64,000 nt of DNA from Octopus bimaculoides (taxonomy: Eukaryota): positions 9,779,613 through 9,843,612 of the forward strand of contig NC_069003.1 in NCBI RefSeq assembly GCF_001194135.2, given 5' to 3'. The position numbers were made by a program, and so were the translations under genes. The notes below the pieces were generated by a model. It made no database searches, was not told the origin of the DNA, and worked only from the letters and a program-made list of their open reading frames with translations. Position 1 is the stretch's first letter. The number at the start of each line of letters is the position of its first letter. Shown here one piece after another: positions 40,485 through 53,301 of the stretch.

Positions 40485-41987
40485 CACACACACATATGTA
40501 TGTATATATACATGTGTGCATANNNNNNNNNNNNNNNNNNNNNNNNNNNNNNNNNNNNNNNNNNNNNNNNNNNNNNNNNNNNNNNNNNNNNNNNNNNNNN
40601 NNNNNNNNNNNNNNNNNNNNNNNNNNNNNNNNNNNNNNNNNNNNNNNNNNNNNNNNNNNNNNNNNNNNNNNNNNNNNNNNNNNNNNNNNNNNNNNNNNNN
40701 NNNNNNNNNNNNNNNNNNNNNNNNNNNNNNNNNNNNNNNNNNNNNNNNNNNNNNNNNNNNNNNNNNNNNNNNNNNNNNNNNNNNNNNNNNNNNNNNNNNN
40801 NNNNNNNNNNNNNNNNNNNNNNNNNNNTATATATATATATATATATGACGGGCTTCTTTCAGTTTCCGTCTACCAAATCCACTCACAAGGCTTTGGTCGG
40901 CCTGAGGCTATAGTAGTAGACACTTGCCCAAGGTGCCATGCAGTAGGACTGAACCCAGACCCATGTGGTGAGGAAGCAAGCTTTTTACCACACAGCCACT
41001 CCCACATGTATGTATACTTTCTTTTTATACTTTCATTAGTTCCATTTGAGGGCTGAGGCCATGCAAGGGCACTTCATATGTCCTTAATGTATCTTTATAT
41101 ATCTTCACTGTTGCAGCCAATATGAATCTGTTTTCCTTTAAACCAGACAGACTTGCAGAGTTTTAAGGGTAAATATAACGCAAACTAAATTAATTTAGCC
41201 TAACACCATTTTTATTTTTATTTCTTTTAGTGCCAACAAGTCGCTGGGGCAATATTTCAGTCTTGGCGCTAAATTAAATTAATAAGACTGATAATTAAAT
41301 AAAACCTAATGATTAAAAGATAATTATTTTCTCGTATGAAGTGACGCTACTGAAACCTTGAGACTGGAATCTTACTATAAATAGAGCTAATAGTTTCTTT
41401 CCCTCAAGTCATTCGACATTACCATTGTTATAAGTATGCTGTCACTTGGCATTACATCATTAATACAGAACACATGGGTTCCCTGGTGGCGCTGTGTTTA
41501 TACATTCTGGACTTCTCTTGCTGTATTCCTTAGCAGTCGGGACGAATTATTAGATTAGTAGACTCTTTTATTTTCCCTTTGTCTCCGTCCGTTGATTGCA
41601 GCCATACTGGGGCCACTGGCTTGGAAGGTTTAGTCAAACAAATCAAAACTAGTATTTATCCGGTTTTTTTTTTTTTAAATGTCTGATATTTATTTTATTA
41701 GGATCTTTTGCTGAACTGCTTAGTTACAGGGACAGAAATGAACCAACATCAGTTGTTTCATGTGTCTTTGTTTGTCCCTAGACCTTCTCTTTATAAATGT
41801 TCTGAAAACTATTCACAGCTTTGGATTTTTTTAATCATATTCTGTTAATTTTTATATATATGCATGCTAATACACGACCTACGTTAGACTCCACATTTGT
41901 ATCATTATCGAACCTGGAGCTTAACTATAGTCTGTCCATAGCACTTACTCAGCATTACCTGACACCAATACTTCTCATACCCTATAT

Positions 41988-42200
41988 ACTCTTTTACTTG
42001 TTTCAGTCGTTTGACTGCGGCCATGCTGGAGCATCACTTTTAGTCGAAGAAATCGACCCCAAGACTTATTCTTTGTAAGCCTAGTGCTTATTCTATCGGT
42101 CTCTTTTGCCGAACTGCTAAGTTATGGGGATGTAAGCACACCAGCATTGTCAAGCAATGTTGGGGAACAAACACAGACACACAAACATATACACACACGC
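41988..42200 (-). mobile_element. SINE family B 3' half
   Basis: actcttttacttgtttcagtcgtttgactgcggccatgctggagc. Confidence 0.85.
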
Positions 42201-42654
42201 ACGTCATACACAGTCGATGATTATCAGCAGAACTGAACTCATAATAATCGCCGTCATCATCATTTAAAGTCTGTTTTCCATGCTGGAATGGGTTGGATGG
42301 CTTGACAGGAACTGGTAAGGCCAGGGGCTACACCAGGTCCTGTTGTCTGTTTCAGCTTGATTTCTACAGTTAGATGCCCTTCCTAATGCCAACCACTCCA
42401 CAGGGTGTACTGGGTGTGTTTTGTTGTTATGTGGCACCATCACAGGTATTTTTTAAGTGGTTCCAGCAATGGTGCTTTTTACGTGACACCTTCATTTTAG
42501 GATCACAATTCTGCTGGTGTGGACAGGTTTTCTCAAGTACAGCAATGTGCCACATATCTCAGTCGTCTGTAAATGCGTTGTTAAAAGCTTGGTGAAACTC
42601 CAGACAGTAATATTCAGGGGTCGTTTATGGTGATGAAAAAAAAATCATTGATGA

Positions 42655-43268
42655 GCAAAGGCACAATGGTTAGAGCTGCCGGGCTCATAATCATAAGGTA
42701 GTGAGTTCAATTCCTGGACTGAGCTGTATTGTGTTCTTGAGCAAGACACTTTATTTCACGTTGCTCCAGTTCACTCAGCTGGCAAAAATAAGTTACAACG
42801 TCATTGGTGCCAAGCTGTATCGGCCTTTGCCTTTCCCTTGGATAACATCAGTGGTGTGAAGATGGGAGGCTGGTTTGCATGGGTGACTGCTGGTCTTCCA
42901 TAAACAATCATGCCTAGACTTGTGCCTAGAAGAGTAACTTTGTAGATGCAATCCCATGGTCATTTGCGACTAAAGGGAGTCTTTGCAAGTTCAATTCCCA
43001 GACTGGGCTGCGTGTTGTGTTCTTGAGCAAGACACTTTATTTCACGTTGGTCCAGTTCACTCAGCTGTAGAAACAAGTTGGAACATCACTGGTGCCAAGC
43101 TGTATCAGCCTTTGCCTTTCCCTTGAATAACGTCGTTGGTACAGAGAGGGGAGGCTGGTATGCATGGGTAACTGCAGGTCTTCTATAGGCAACCTTGCCT
43201 GCACTTGTGCCTCAGAGGGGAACTTTCTAGGTGCAATCCCATGGTCATTTGTAACTGAAGGGGGTCTT
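42655..43268 (+). mobile_element. Two tandem tRNA-derived SINEs (C-related variant)
   Basis: tgtgttcttgagcaagacactttatttcacgttg...gtgcaatcccatggtcattt twice. Confidence 0.8.
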
Positions 43269-44599
43269 TTATTTTATATTGATGAAACCACCACTCTGCT
43301 CCAGTAGTTTTCCTGGTAGTCATTCGTTTTCTCAATTCCTTAATTCCATATGTAAAAGGTTAATGAGGTCATTTACATAATTAAAATAGAATCGCTAACA
43401 TTGAAATCTAGCTGAGGAATTTATTATAATTCCTTCTCTTCTCAAAGAATCTACACTTCTATATTTAGTGCATGAAATAGATTGTATCCAAAGTTGATTT
43501 AACAAAATAAGGTTGGTTCTTTTGTTATTGTTTCTTTTGGGGGGGGGGCTTGTTTGTGTGGTGACAGTAATGGTGGGTCCCGATCAAAATATTGCTTTCT
43601 TCAATAGAAGGAACTATTGCTGTTTCTGTTGCGACAGCTGTAATCGCTGTTGTTGTTTTTCTATGTTGATTAACCAAGTGAATAACCAATTAAATATTGA
43701 TGGTTGCAGGAGGAGGGGAGGGGAGAGAANNNNNNNNNNNNNNNNNNNNNNNNNNNNNNNNNNNNNNNNNNNNNNNNNNNNNNNNNNNNNNNNNNNNNNN
43801 NNNNNNNNNNNNNNNNNNNNNNNNNNNNNNNNNNNNNNNNNNNNNNNNNNNNNNNNNNNNNNNNNNNNNNNNNNNNNNNNNNNNNNNNNNNNNNNNNNNN
43901 NNNNNNNNNNNNNNNNNNNNNNNNNNNNNNNNNNNNNNNNNNNNNNNNNNNNNNNNNNNNNNNNNNNNNNNNNNNNNNNNNNNNNNNNNNNNNNNNNNNN
44001 NNNNNNNNNNNNNNNNNNNNNNNNNNNNNNNNNNNNNNNNNNNNNNNNNNNNNNNNNNNNNNNNNNNNNNNNNNNNNNNNNNNNNNNNNNNNNNNNNNNN
44101 NNNNNNNNNNNNNNNNNNNNNNNNNNNNNNNNNNNNNNNNNNNNNNNNNNNCAGAAAGAGGGGCAGAAGAGAGATGAGGGAGAGGTAACAGAGGGGGAGA
44201 GACAGAAGGTGAGAGGGAAAGGGAAAGAGAGACAGACAGAGGGAGAAGCAGACAGACAGGAGAGAGAGAGAGAGAGAAATAGGAAACTTATATATAGTTG
44301 TTCAATCTGCAGAAAAATAGCAGCTAATTTTTCCCTCAGATCAAACCCCTGCTCTAAGCATTTTAAACAAGACACGTCTCATTGAAGATTATAATCTTAG
44401 ATAACTCAAAAAGGTTGGATGGTCACAGTTGGAATATTCTTACTCATAGTTTACTCTGAATCAAGGTTTGACCTAAGGATAAAAAAACAGCATCAACACT
44501 AGCATATATTCAAATGTGTGAAATCCGAACATGTGATTGGCTGCAAACTGGTAGGAACCTCTAGAATTCTTTGTATGAATGAGGAACAGAATGAGACTA

Positions 44600-45832
44600 G
44601 ATGAAATAATGTGGCTTTGTTCCAGAGAGAAGCACCACCGATGCTATTTTCATAGTCTGGCAACTTCAAGAGAAGTATTTAGCAAAGAACAAACCATTGT
44701 ACTTGGCATTTGTTGATCTAGAGAAAGCCTTCGGCAATGTACCTCACTCAGTGATATGGTGGGCTCTGAGGAAGCTAGGGGTAGACAAATGGCTTGTGAA
44801 AGCAGTATGGGGGTACTGTTTGTAAGGTAAGAGTTAGCCATGGGTACAGTGATGTATTTAGTGAATTTAGAGTACAGGTAGGTGTTCACCAAGGTTTGGT
44901 CCTCGGCCTTCTTCTATTAATCATCTCCAGACCATAACAGAGGAATTTAATACTGGAAGCCCATGGAAACTACAATATGCTGATGATCTGGCCTCATACC
45001 AGAATCTGTAACAGAATTAGAAAAGAAATTCCAGGCCCAGAACCTGGAAGGAAATGGTCTTAAAGTTAACTTGGTAAAGACCAAGATCCCAGTAAGTAAG
45101 AAGTTGAACAGAATCCTTCACCCTTCTAGTAAATAGCTCTGCTTGATATGTATGAAGGGTGTAGGCAGAAATTCCATTCAGTGTACCCAGAGAAAACTAT
45201 GGACACACAAGAGGTGCAGTAGAATAATAGGAAGTTTAACAAGTAGTGTTTGTATATGGACGATGTACAGGAGCCATAAAGACCACAGATACACAGGAAA
45301 ATGATTTCCTCAAATGTCCCAGAGGCTCTCTGGATGTTGTAGATAATTCTTGTTACGTAGATGATCTAATTAGCAGTGGGGGAGGTTGTGCATAGTGTAA
45401 TTGCTAGAATGAGAATAGGATAAAGTTCAACCTCTCTCTCTGAGAGAAAGGAAGATTGTAGGATGCATGTATATGAACTGCAATGTTACAGGGTAGTGAG
45501 ACACGGGCCCTGAATGCAGAGGATATGCAAATGCTAAAGAAGAATGAAGCTGGTACGTTCTGCTGGATGTACAATGTCAGTGCACAAGTGTGGATAGCAC
45601 AAGAGTATTGAGAGAAAGTTAAGCATAAGATAAATTATATGCAGTGTGCAAGGGAGGAGACTGGTTGGGTCATGTGATGCAGATAGATGAGGACAGATGC
45701 ATAAACACAAATGTTGATCACTAAAAGTGGAGGGACGATGTTGGAGAGGAAGACCCAGGAAGACATGGGGTGAAGAACTGAAGACCAATCTCAAAACGAT
45801 GGGCCTTACAAAGGAGATGATAGAAGACTGTC
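44600..45832 (+). mobile_element. RTE-clade LINE, decayed RT domain to 3' end of ORF2
   Basis: QLQEKYLAKNKPLYLAFVDLEKAF; GVHQG; YADDL-like tatgctgatgatctgg at ~44976; C-terminal EGRCWRGRPRKTW. Confidence 0.85.
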
Positions 45833-46062
45833 GTGTATATATATATATATATATATGTATTTGTGAGTCTGTGTTTGTCCCCCCACCATTGCTTGACATC
45901 CGGTGTTGGTGCATTTATGTACCCGTAACTTAGCGGTTCAGCAAAATAAACCGATAGAATAAGTACTAGGCTTACAAAGAATAAGTCCTGGGATTGATTT
46001 GTTCGATTAAAGGTGGTGCTCCAGCATGGCAACAGTGAAATGACTGAAACGAGTAAAAGAAT
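45833..46062 (+). mobile_element. SINE family B 3' half joined to LINE end
   Basis: gtcgtgtatat...tttgtccccccaccattgcttgacatc...gactgaaacgagtaaaag. Confidence 0.85.
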
Positions 46063-46519
46063 ATATATGNNNNNNNNNNNNNNNNNNNNNNNNNNNNNNN
46101 NNNNNNNNNNNNNNNNNNNNNNNNNNNNNNNNNNNNNNNNNNNNNNNNNNNNNNNNNNNNNNNNNNNNNNNNNNNNNNNNNNNNNNNNNNNNNNNNNNNN
46201 NNNNNNNNNNNNNNNNNNNNNNNNNNNNNNNNNNNNNNNNNNNNNTATATATATATATATTATGTGTATGTGTGTGTGTTGAAGATTTAGTCATTGTGTT
46301 TTGTTTTACTTTTTACCCAGTCAAGATGCAAGTGGAACATTTTTATTTTCCTCTCCACACTGAAAAATATGAGCTAACAATAGCACCTCTACATAGTCTT
46401 CTGACCCACAAAAGCCAAATCTCCTTAACAGCTAAATCTCCTTAAAATCTCACCCTACCGTAACATTAAAAAAAAAAAAGTTAAAAGTGGCTTCAGCCAT
46501 CATTTTCACGGGGGTTAAA

Positions 46520-46955
46520 TAATCCATCTTTGCTATAGGTACAAGGACTGAAATTTTGAGGGGGAAGGAGTAAGTCGATTACATCGACTCCAGTACGCAA
46601 CTGGTACTTAATTTATCGACCCCCAAAAGGATGACAGGTAAAGTCGACCTCGGCGGAATTTGAACTCAGAACGTAGTGGCAGACGAAATACCACCATGCA
46701 TTTCGCCCAGCACTCTAACGATTCTTATTTCTTTATTGCCTACAAGGGGCTAAACATAGAGGGCAGACAAAGGGATTAAGTCTCGATTGCACCGACCCCA
46801 GTGCGTAACTGGTACTTATTTAATCGACCCCAAAAGGATGAAAGGCTAAGTCGACCTCGGCGGAATTTGAACTCAGAACGTAACGGCAGACGAAATACCG
46901 CTAAGCATTTCGTCCGGTGTGCTAACGATTCTATTCTGCCAGCTCGCCGCCTTAC
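46520..46955 (-). mobile_element. SINE A1 nested in SINE A2
   Basis: ctaacgattct duplicated at both A1 ends; head gccagctcgccgcctt at ~46939-46954. Confidence 0.85.
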
Positions 46956-47589
46956 ACGGAGTTAAATAGTAACGACAATAGCAATAAAAAAAAGGCCACA
47001 TTGAATAATATAATTCTAGATACATTAATAATGAGTAACAAACGGAATGGTCAAGAGTGGAGCTTTTAAAATTATAATTATGACTTATAAGTCATGGCCT
47101 GAATGGAGAAGAGGGCGATGGCCAAACAAGAACAACGACGTCTACGCCGATCTCTGTTCACAGTGAATTCCAAAATGTTGTAGGGAAGATAATTCCTGAA
47201 TAGTAAGGGAAATAATTAAGTGAAGGGAAATAATTAAGTGAAGGGAAATAACTCTTGTAAAGAAATTGCATCAAATGAAATATGTATTTTTGTTACAAGA
47301 TAAATCGTTTTGCGAGTGCTCTGGGATATAGCGTCAGCGACGTTTCTAGGGCCTCAGAGGTTTTCGAGTCTTTCAACATCAGACTCCTTCGTCCCAGCTA
47401 CAATCCCAATTGTAGCAAACCACTGTACTGCCCTCTTTCTCTAATACCACTAGCCACCTGGCGGCTTTCTCTATTGTTTCAGTGATAGAACTTATAGCCA
47501 TCCTCTTTGATGCACCATTAACACCAAGCCCGATTTTTTATTTTCTTTATACGAAGTAATATTTTTCGAAAGGGTGCTGACCTTTCTGT

Positions 47590-47848
47590 AAAAAGAAGTT
47601 ACGACGACGAGGGTTCCAGTTGATCCGATCAACGGAACATCCTGCTCGTGAAATTAACGTGCAAATGGCTGAGCACTCCACAGACACGTGTACTCTCAAT
47701 GTAATTCTCAGGGAGATTAAGCATGACACAAAGTGTGACAAGGCTGGCCCTTTGAAATACAAAACCAACAGAAACAGGAAGAAAGAGTGAGAGGAAGTTG
47801 TGGTGAAAGAGTACAGCAGGGAAAACATCTGAAGTTCGTAGAGCTTTA
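47590..47848 (-). mobile_element. SINE family C 3' part
   Basis: gacgacgagggttccagttgatccgatcaacggaac...gagtacagcagg. Confidence 0.85.
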
Positions 47849-47859
47849 GATTGTTTTTG

Positions 47860-48060
47860 CAGCATTTAGATGTATTCGCAGCATTCCTAGCCAGGCGAAT
47901 ACTACGCTGCTCATCGTTTTCCATTGCTCTTGCAGTAGTTAATACATGCAGCATTTTGTGATTGTCAAATTGAAGTCTCACGTGCCAATTCATTTGCTCT
48001 CCTTCTTTTCAATTTGTCTGCAGTTGCTCGACCAATGGCGGATCTCCTCTTTGGCGACAT
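47860..48060 (-). mobile_element. Helitron-like RepHel N-terminal fragment
   Basis: MSPKRRSAIGRATADKLKRRRANE(fs)...ARAMENDEQRSIRLARNAA; resembles the R/E-rich RA.E..EQR..RL repeats of animal Helitron N-termini. Confidence 0.5.
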
Positions 48061-48161
48061 TAGGCCAAGAAATATGACGTAATAAACTAAGATGACAATT
48101 ATACGTCAATGGAAAAAGGTAAATAATATCAATGTCTTAGCAAATTTTATTAAAAGTTACC

Positions 48162-48769
48162 GGATCTATTTCAAAACGGGGGCACCAGTTTTCATTTATG
48201 TTTTATGTAGTGTTTTTGGTACCGAAAGACTTTCAAACTTCGTATACTTATCTATTTTGTGTTATAGAACAGAAAAAAATTTTTGTATTCGAATTTATTT
48301 CATGTAAAAATTTTGTCTTATTTCGATAATTTCTACTAATCACTGACGTCTATTCAGTTAAAAACAGTTAGCGCTGTAACGGTGTATATCGTATTAATCC
48401 CCTAACCCTAACTCTAGAATCCAAACTCTAAAATTGTTACACACATAGATACGCACAGCGTAATTTATTATATAAACAATATATGCGTATAAATTACGAT
48501 TAAACCGGATGAAATATGTCACAGGGAATAACATTTTTATGACCGCCCAGCAGTAACTCTATTCAGCTGAATAGATGTCAGTGATTGGTTGAAATTACAG
48601 AAATGCGACAACTTTAACATGGAATAACTTGCGATGTACGTTTTTTTGTTAAGAAGACTAAGAGTAAAAGATGTTTTATATGACACATTCTACCAGTGTC
48701 CCAAGTTTCAAAGTGTTTCGTTAGTGTTTCGTTAAGAAAATACTGGTGCCCCCGTTTTGAAATAGATCC
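48162..48769. mobile_element. MITE with perfect 28-bp TIRs and 8-bp TSD (Merlin-like; hAT or P not excluded)
   Basis: ggatctatttcaaaacgggggcaccagt / actggtgcccccgttttgaaatagatcc; TSD aagttacc at 48154-48161 and 48770-48777. Confidence 0.9.
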
Positions 48770-48954
48770 AAGTTACCTTCTCCAAAGTAGTTGTACTTAC
48801 CCTAGGAAAGGGGGATTTCTGGCCCATTACTCATTATGTGAAAAAAATTAAGTCTAAAACCATCTCTGGAACATAAGTAATGCATGTTCCCAGTTTGAAG
48901 AAAATCAGTTGTGAACATCAGACGTTATGCGGGTTTACACACATACGGACACAC

Positions 48955-49210
48955 GGTAATCTTCAAGTTTAGGGGGATAAAAAAATAAATAAAAATATTC
49001 AAGGGAAATAACTGAACGACTTACCAGTATTATCCGTTTTCTTCTAGCTGTTTATAAATAAATCACACCCTAACCCTAATCTTAACCCTAACGTCAATGA
49101 AATCACGTGTGTGATTTATTTATAAACAGAGATGTACGGAGAATACTGGTAAGACGTTCAGTTACTTCCCTTGAATATTTTTATTTACCCCCCTAAACTT
49201 GAAGATTACC
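48955..49210. mobile_element. Foldback MITE with ~110-bp arms and 9-bp TSD (MULE-like)
   Basis: ggtaatcttcaagtttagggg... / ...ccctaaacttgaagattacc; TSD cggacacac at 48946-48954 and 49211-49219. Confidence 0.85.
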
Positions 49211-49227
49211 CGGACACACATACTTAG

Positions 49228-49888
49228 ACAGACAGATAGAACAGATAGAATAGATAGACAGATAGAATAGATAGACAGATAGAATAGATAGACAGATAGA
49301 ATAGATAGAACAGATAGACAGATAGATAGATAGATAGAAAAGATAGATAGATAGATAGAAAAGATAGATAGATAGATAGAAAAGATAGATAGATAGATAG
49401 AAAAGATAGATAGAAAAGATAGATAGATAGAAAAGATAGATAGATAGATAGAAAAGATAGACATATAGATAGATAGAAANNNNNNNNNNNNNNNNNNNNN
49501 NNNNNNNNNNNNNNNNNNNNNNNNNNNNNNNNNNNNNNNNNNNNNNNNNNNNNNNNNNNNNNNNNNNNNNNNNNNNNNNNNNNNNNNNNNNNNNNNNNNN
49601 NNNNNNNNNNNNNNNNNNNNNNNNNNNNNNNNNNNNNNNNNNNNNNNNNNNNNNNNNNNNNNNNNNNNNNNNNNNNNNNNNNNNNNNNNNNNNNNNNNNN
49701 NNNNNNNNNNNNNNNNNNNNNNNNNNNNNNNNNNNNNNNNNNNNNNNNNNNNNNNNNNNNNNNNNNNNNNNNNNNNNNNNNNNNNNNNNNNNNNNNNNNG
49801 ATAGATAGATAGAAAAGATAGATAGATAGATAGATAGAAAAGATAGATAGATAGATAGATAGAAAAGATAGATAGATAGATAGATAGA

Positions 49889-49935
<47 letters not shown>
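49228..49935. repeat. (GATA)n with GACA and GAAAA interruptions, spanning a gap
   Basis: Directly visible. Confidence 0.9.
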
Positions 49936-49937
<2 letters not shown>

Positions 49938-50037
49938 CTTCTAGAATGGTATATGAATATAAACTCACTAACTTAAAGTTCAGAAACAAATGTGATCAAT
50001 GATTAAAGTCCGATATCTTCCATCCTCGTGTTATGTT

Positions 50038-50072
<35 letters not shown>

Positions 50073-50533
50073 CTGAGTGTCTGTAAGGCAACAGAAAAGC
50101 ATCCTCAACAAGAAACTTTGAGCAGTTATATTTTTCTGTTGTTGAGTAGAACATCCTAACCAAAACTGTAAATTTACCTTCAACAGTGAAGAGGTTATGT
50201 GCTTCCAGACGACAGATTTGATGAGTCATCTCTATTGCTCTTTACGTTCTGAGTTCAAATTCCACTGACGTTAACTTTGCCTTTCATCCTTCTGGGATCA
50301 GTAAAGTAAAGTCCTGAGGTTGAGGGTCAATGTATTTCACTTGTCCTTCCCCTCAAAATTACTGGCCTTGTGTTAAAATTTGCAACCGTTATTATCATTA
50401 AATTGGACTGACTTCTGTCTTGTCTTTCATCCTTTCGAGGTCGATAAATTAAGTACCAGTGAAACGGTGGGGTTGATGTAATCGACTAGTTCCCTCCCCA
50501 CAAATTTCAGGGTTTGTGCCTGTAGTAGAAAGG

Positions 50534-50566
<33 letters not shown>

Positions 50567-51066
50567 GGATCTTTTTTAAAACGGGGGCCACATTTTTCAT
50601 TAACGAAACACTTTGAAACTTGGAACACTGGTAGAATGTGTCATATAAAACATCTTTTTCTCTTAGTCTTCTTAAAAAAAAAAGAAATCCATAAGTTATT
50701 CCATGCTANNNNNNNNNNNNNNNNNNNNNNNNNNNNNNNNNNNNNNNNNNNNNNNNNNNNNNNNNNNNNNNNNNNNNNNNNNNNNNNNNNNNNNNNNNNN
50801 NNNNNNNNNAAGGTATGGAGATTAAATACGCTTTACATCGCTTAATCAGCCAAAGGAGTAAATATAAACAACTGAATACTTGTCAGTGATTGGTTGAAAT
50901 TATCGAAATAAGACAATTTTTTACATGAAATAAATTCGAATACAAAAATATTTTTCTGTTCTATAACACAAAATAGATAAGTATACGAAGTTTGAAAGTC
51001 TTTCCGTACCAAAAAGACTACGGAAAACATTAATGAAAAATGTGGCCCCCGTTTTAAAATAGATCC
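50567..51066. mobile_element. Second copy of the 8-bp-TSD MITE, opposite orientation
   Basis: ggatcttttttaaaacgggggccacatttttcatt / aatgaaaaatgtggcccccgttttaaaatagatcc; TSD ttattatt at 50559-50566 and 51067-51074. Confidence 0.85.
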
Positions 51067-51289
51067 TTATTATTTGTGTCTGGAACTGTCGGCCAAGTGT
51101 TCGGAGGGCTGTTAAATTTTCTTCAAATTTGTTGTTTTGCTGTTTGTTTTTTAACAGTAATTTTGTTAACAGGGCTTGCCATAAGCAAGGCCAGCTGGGG
51201 TGGTAAAAATTCGCCCTTAAAGGAAGAATTTTGACTTTTAAGAACTCAGAATTCCATATTTTGCAAAATAAAAACTGCAACAATGGCTT

Positions 51290-51545
51290 CTCGAGTGGAG
51301 CGCGTCGACGTTCTTTGTAACAACTTCTGTAAAATTTCGTTCCCTCCGCTACGTAACGTTGTTGAGAGGAAGAGCAGTAGCAACAACAGCATCATCACCA
51401 CCATCAATATTGACGGAGGGAAGAAGGAGGAGAACACTGACACCGCTACCACCACCGCCATCACGACGACCAGTCAGAGCAACGACAGCTGAAGAGGTGA
51501 AGAGAAAGAAAAAAAATTTCTTTCGCGCAAGACAATTAGCAAAGC
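51290..51545. promoter_or_regulatory. CpG-enriched, UTR-like patch with E2F consensus TTTCGCGC (51521-51528)
   Basis: Locally high CpG; motif match only. Confidence 0.25.
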
Positions 51546-51559
51546 ACGGACGACAGTTG

Positions 51560-53205
51560 CTTTTTCTAAGCAAATACATTGTCAGTAAAAAAGAATAATG
51601 TAGGTCGTCCGCTTTTTAAAATCGTCACCTACACAGACCACAAATTTGTCATCTTTACGGTCGACTTGAATTTGACTACGTAGACAGGGACCCGATTTAC
51701 TGGAAGCTGAACGAGTCACTCAAGGCGTGCCAAGCTTATTAGAGACCGGATTAGTGAATTAGTTAAGCAGACATTAACGAGGTCAATTCTTAACAATAAA
51801 TGGTGGTACGCCCTGAAAATAACAATCAGAATAGAATCGATTAGATTGAGTAAGGAACAAGCGATAGAAAAAAATTAATACAGAGGGAAAGCTAGTTAGA
51901 AACTTAGAAGAGGCACTTAGGATAGGCATTGCAACTGCTGGGGGTGAGTTTGGTCCCCGACCAAGTTTTCAACGCGAAGTTCGAAGGATGAATTGTCAGA
52001 GCTAAGGCAAGTGCTCTAAGAAACGAGGCACTTAAAACTGCTGGATGGTCCCAAGTGGCAATGGCTCAACGTGGCAACAAAGCCATAAAGTGAGCGCATG
52101 ATACTTGAGCCCAAGTAGATGTGCGGTATTTCAGCAGCACTTCACCCAACAGTTTGGGACGAATGGTGAGCCAGAACGCAGGACGGACTTTATTGCCTAC
52201 CTCGACGGCATGCCACGACTCTCGGTGGTAGGTGAGGCGAGGTGTTGCGAAACGCTGATAAGAGCCATGGAAATACGGGATACGATAATGTGCTGCACGG
52301 TGGGCAAATCGCCTGGTTTGGATGGTGTCTGCCCTACGAGTTTTACTATTATATGCCAGACTTGTTTGGCGATCACTTAGTAGATATCTACCGCAACTGG
52401 CAACAGAACGGGAGAATCCCTAGCTCTGTGAGCCGAGGGGTGGTGGCACTTCCGAGAAAGGACCCAAACAAGGGGGATCGAATAGAAAATTTTAGGCCCA
52501 TAATGCTGCTGAAATCAGACTTCAAAATTTCGGCCAAGGTGCTAGCAAAGAGATTGGCGTCGTCGAGGAACTGATTGGTGATGCGCAAACATGCATCATC
52601 CCAAGCAGATCCATCCACGACAACCTCCACTTCATACGACACGTCATTGACAGGGTGTGTAATGAAGCTGGCATGGGTGGGGCTTTGATCAATTTGGATT
52701 AATCTAAAGCCAATACTTGGTGGCCGTTCTCACAGCAGCCGGTTTCGGTCCTATTTTCCGTGGCTGGATCGCAGCAATGTACAGCGACATCTCCTCAGTA
52801 GTTCAGGTTAATGGTTACCTATCGGAAACATTCAGCATCATGCATTCGGTCCGTGAAGTGTGTCCCCTCTCGTCTTTCCTATATGTAATGTCTCTAGAGC
52901 CACTACTGGTGAAATTGGAGGCGTTGAGAGGCATTCCGCGTTAACAAGAACGTGGGAGAACCGTGTTGGCATACGCAGACGATATCACCATCGTAGTGTC
53001 GAATAGCAGGCACATAGATCTGGTTGGTACCACTCTAAAAGAATACGAGGCGATGATTGGAGCAAAAATTAATCAAGAGAAGTCAGTGGGCCTGCAACTC
53101 GGCACCTGGGGTGGCAGGTCCATGCCTTTCAACAGCGTCATGGGACGCTGGGCGGAAGGACCGGTTAAACTGCATGGAATCTGGTTCAGTCCAGATCTCC
53201 ATACT
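51560..53205 (+). mobile_element. Tx1/L1-clade LINE ORF2 remnant (APE C-terminus plus RT)
   Basis: YTDHKFV, YWKLNESL, KSPGLDG(fs)LPYEFY, NFRPIMLLKSDFKISAKVLAKRL, CPLS, LAYADDITIVVS, GAKINQEKSVGL. Confidence 0.9.
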
Positions 53206-53244
53206 ATACTGTGTAGTCGACAAAATCAAAAACAAACAATGTGA

Positions 53245-53301
<57 letters not shown>

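Noticed and set aside
48400-48415. CCCTAA telomeric repeats (also 49068-49092)
   Set aside because: Two or three units internal to MITEs; not a telomere or a true interstitial telomeric array.
51283-51492. 69-aa ORF MASRVERVDVLC with good Kozak context
   Set aside because: Low-complexity C-terminal half, no convincing donor, no recognisable homology.
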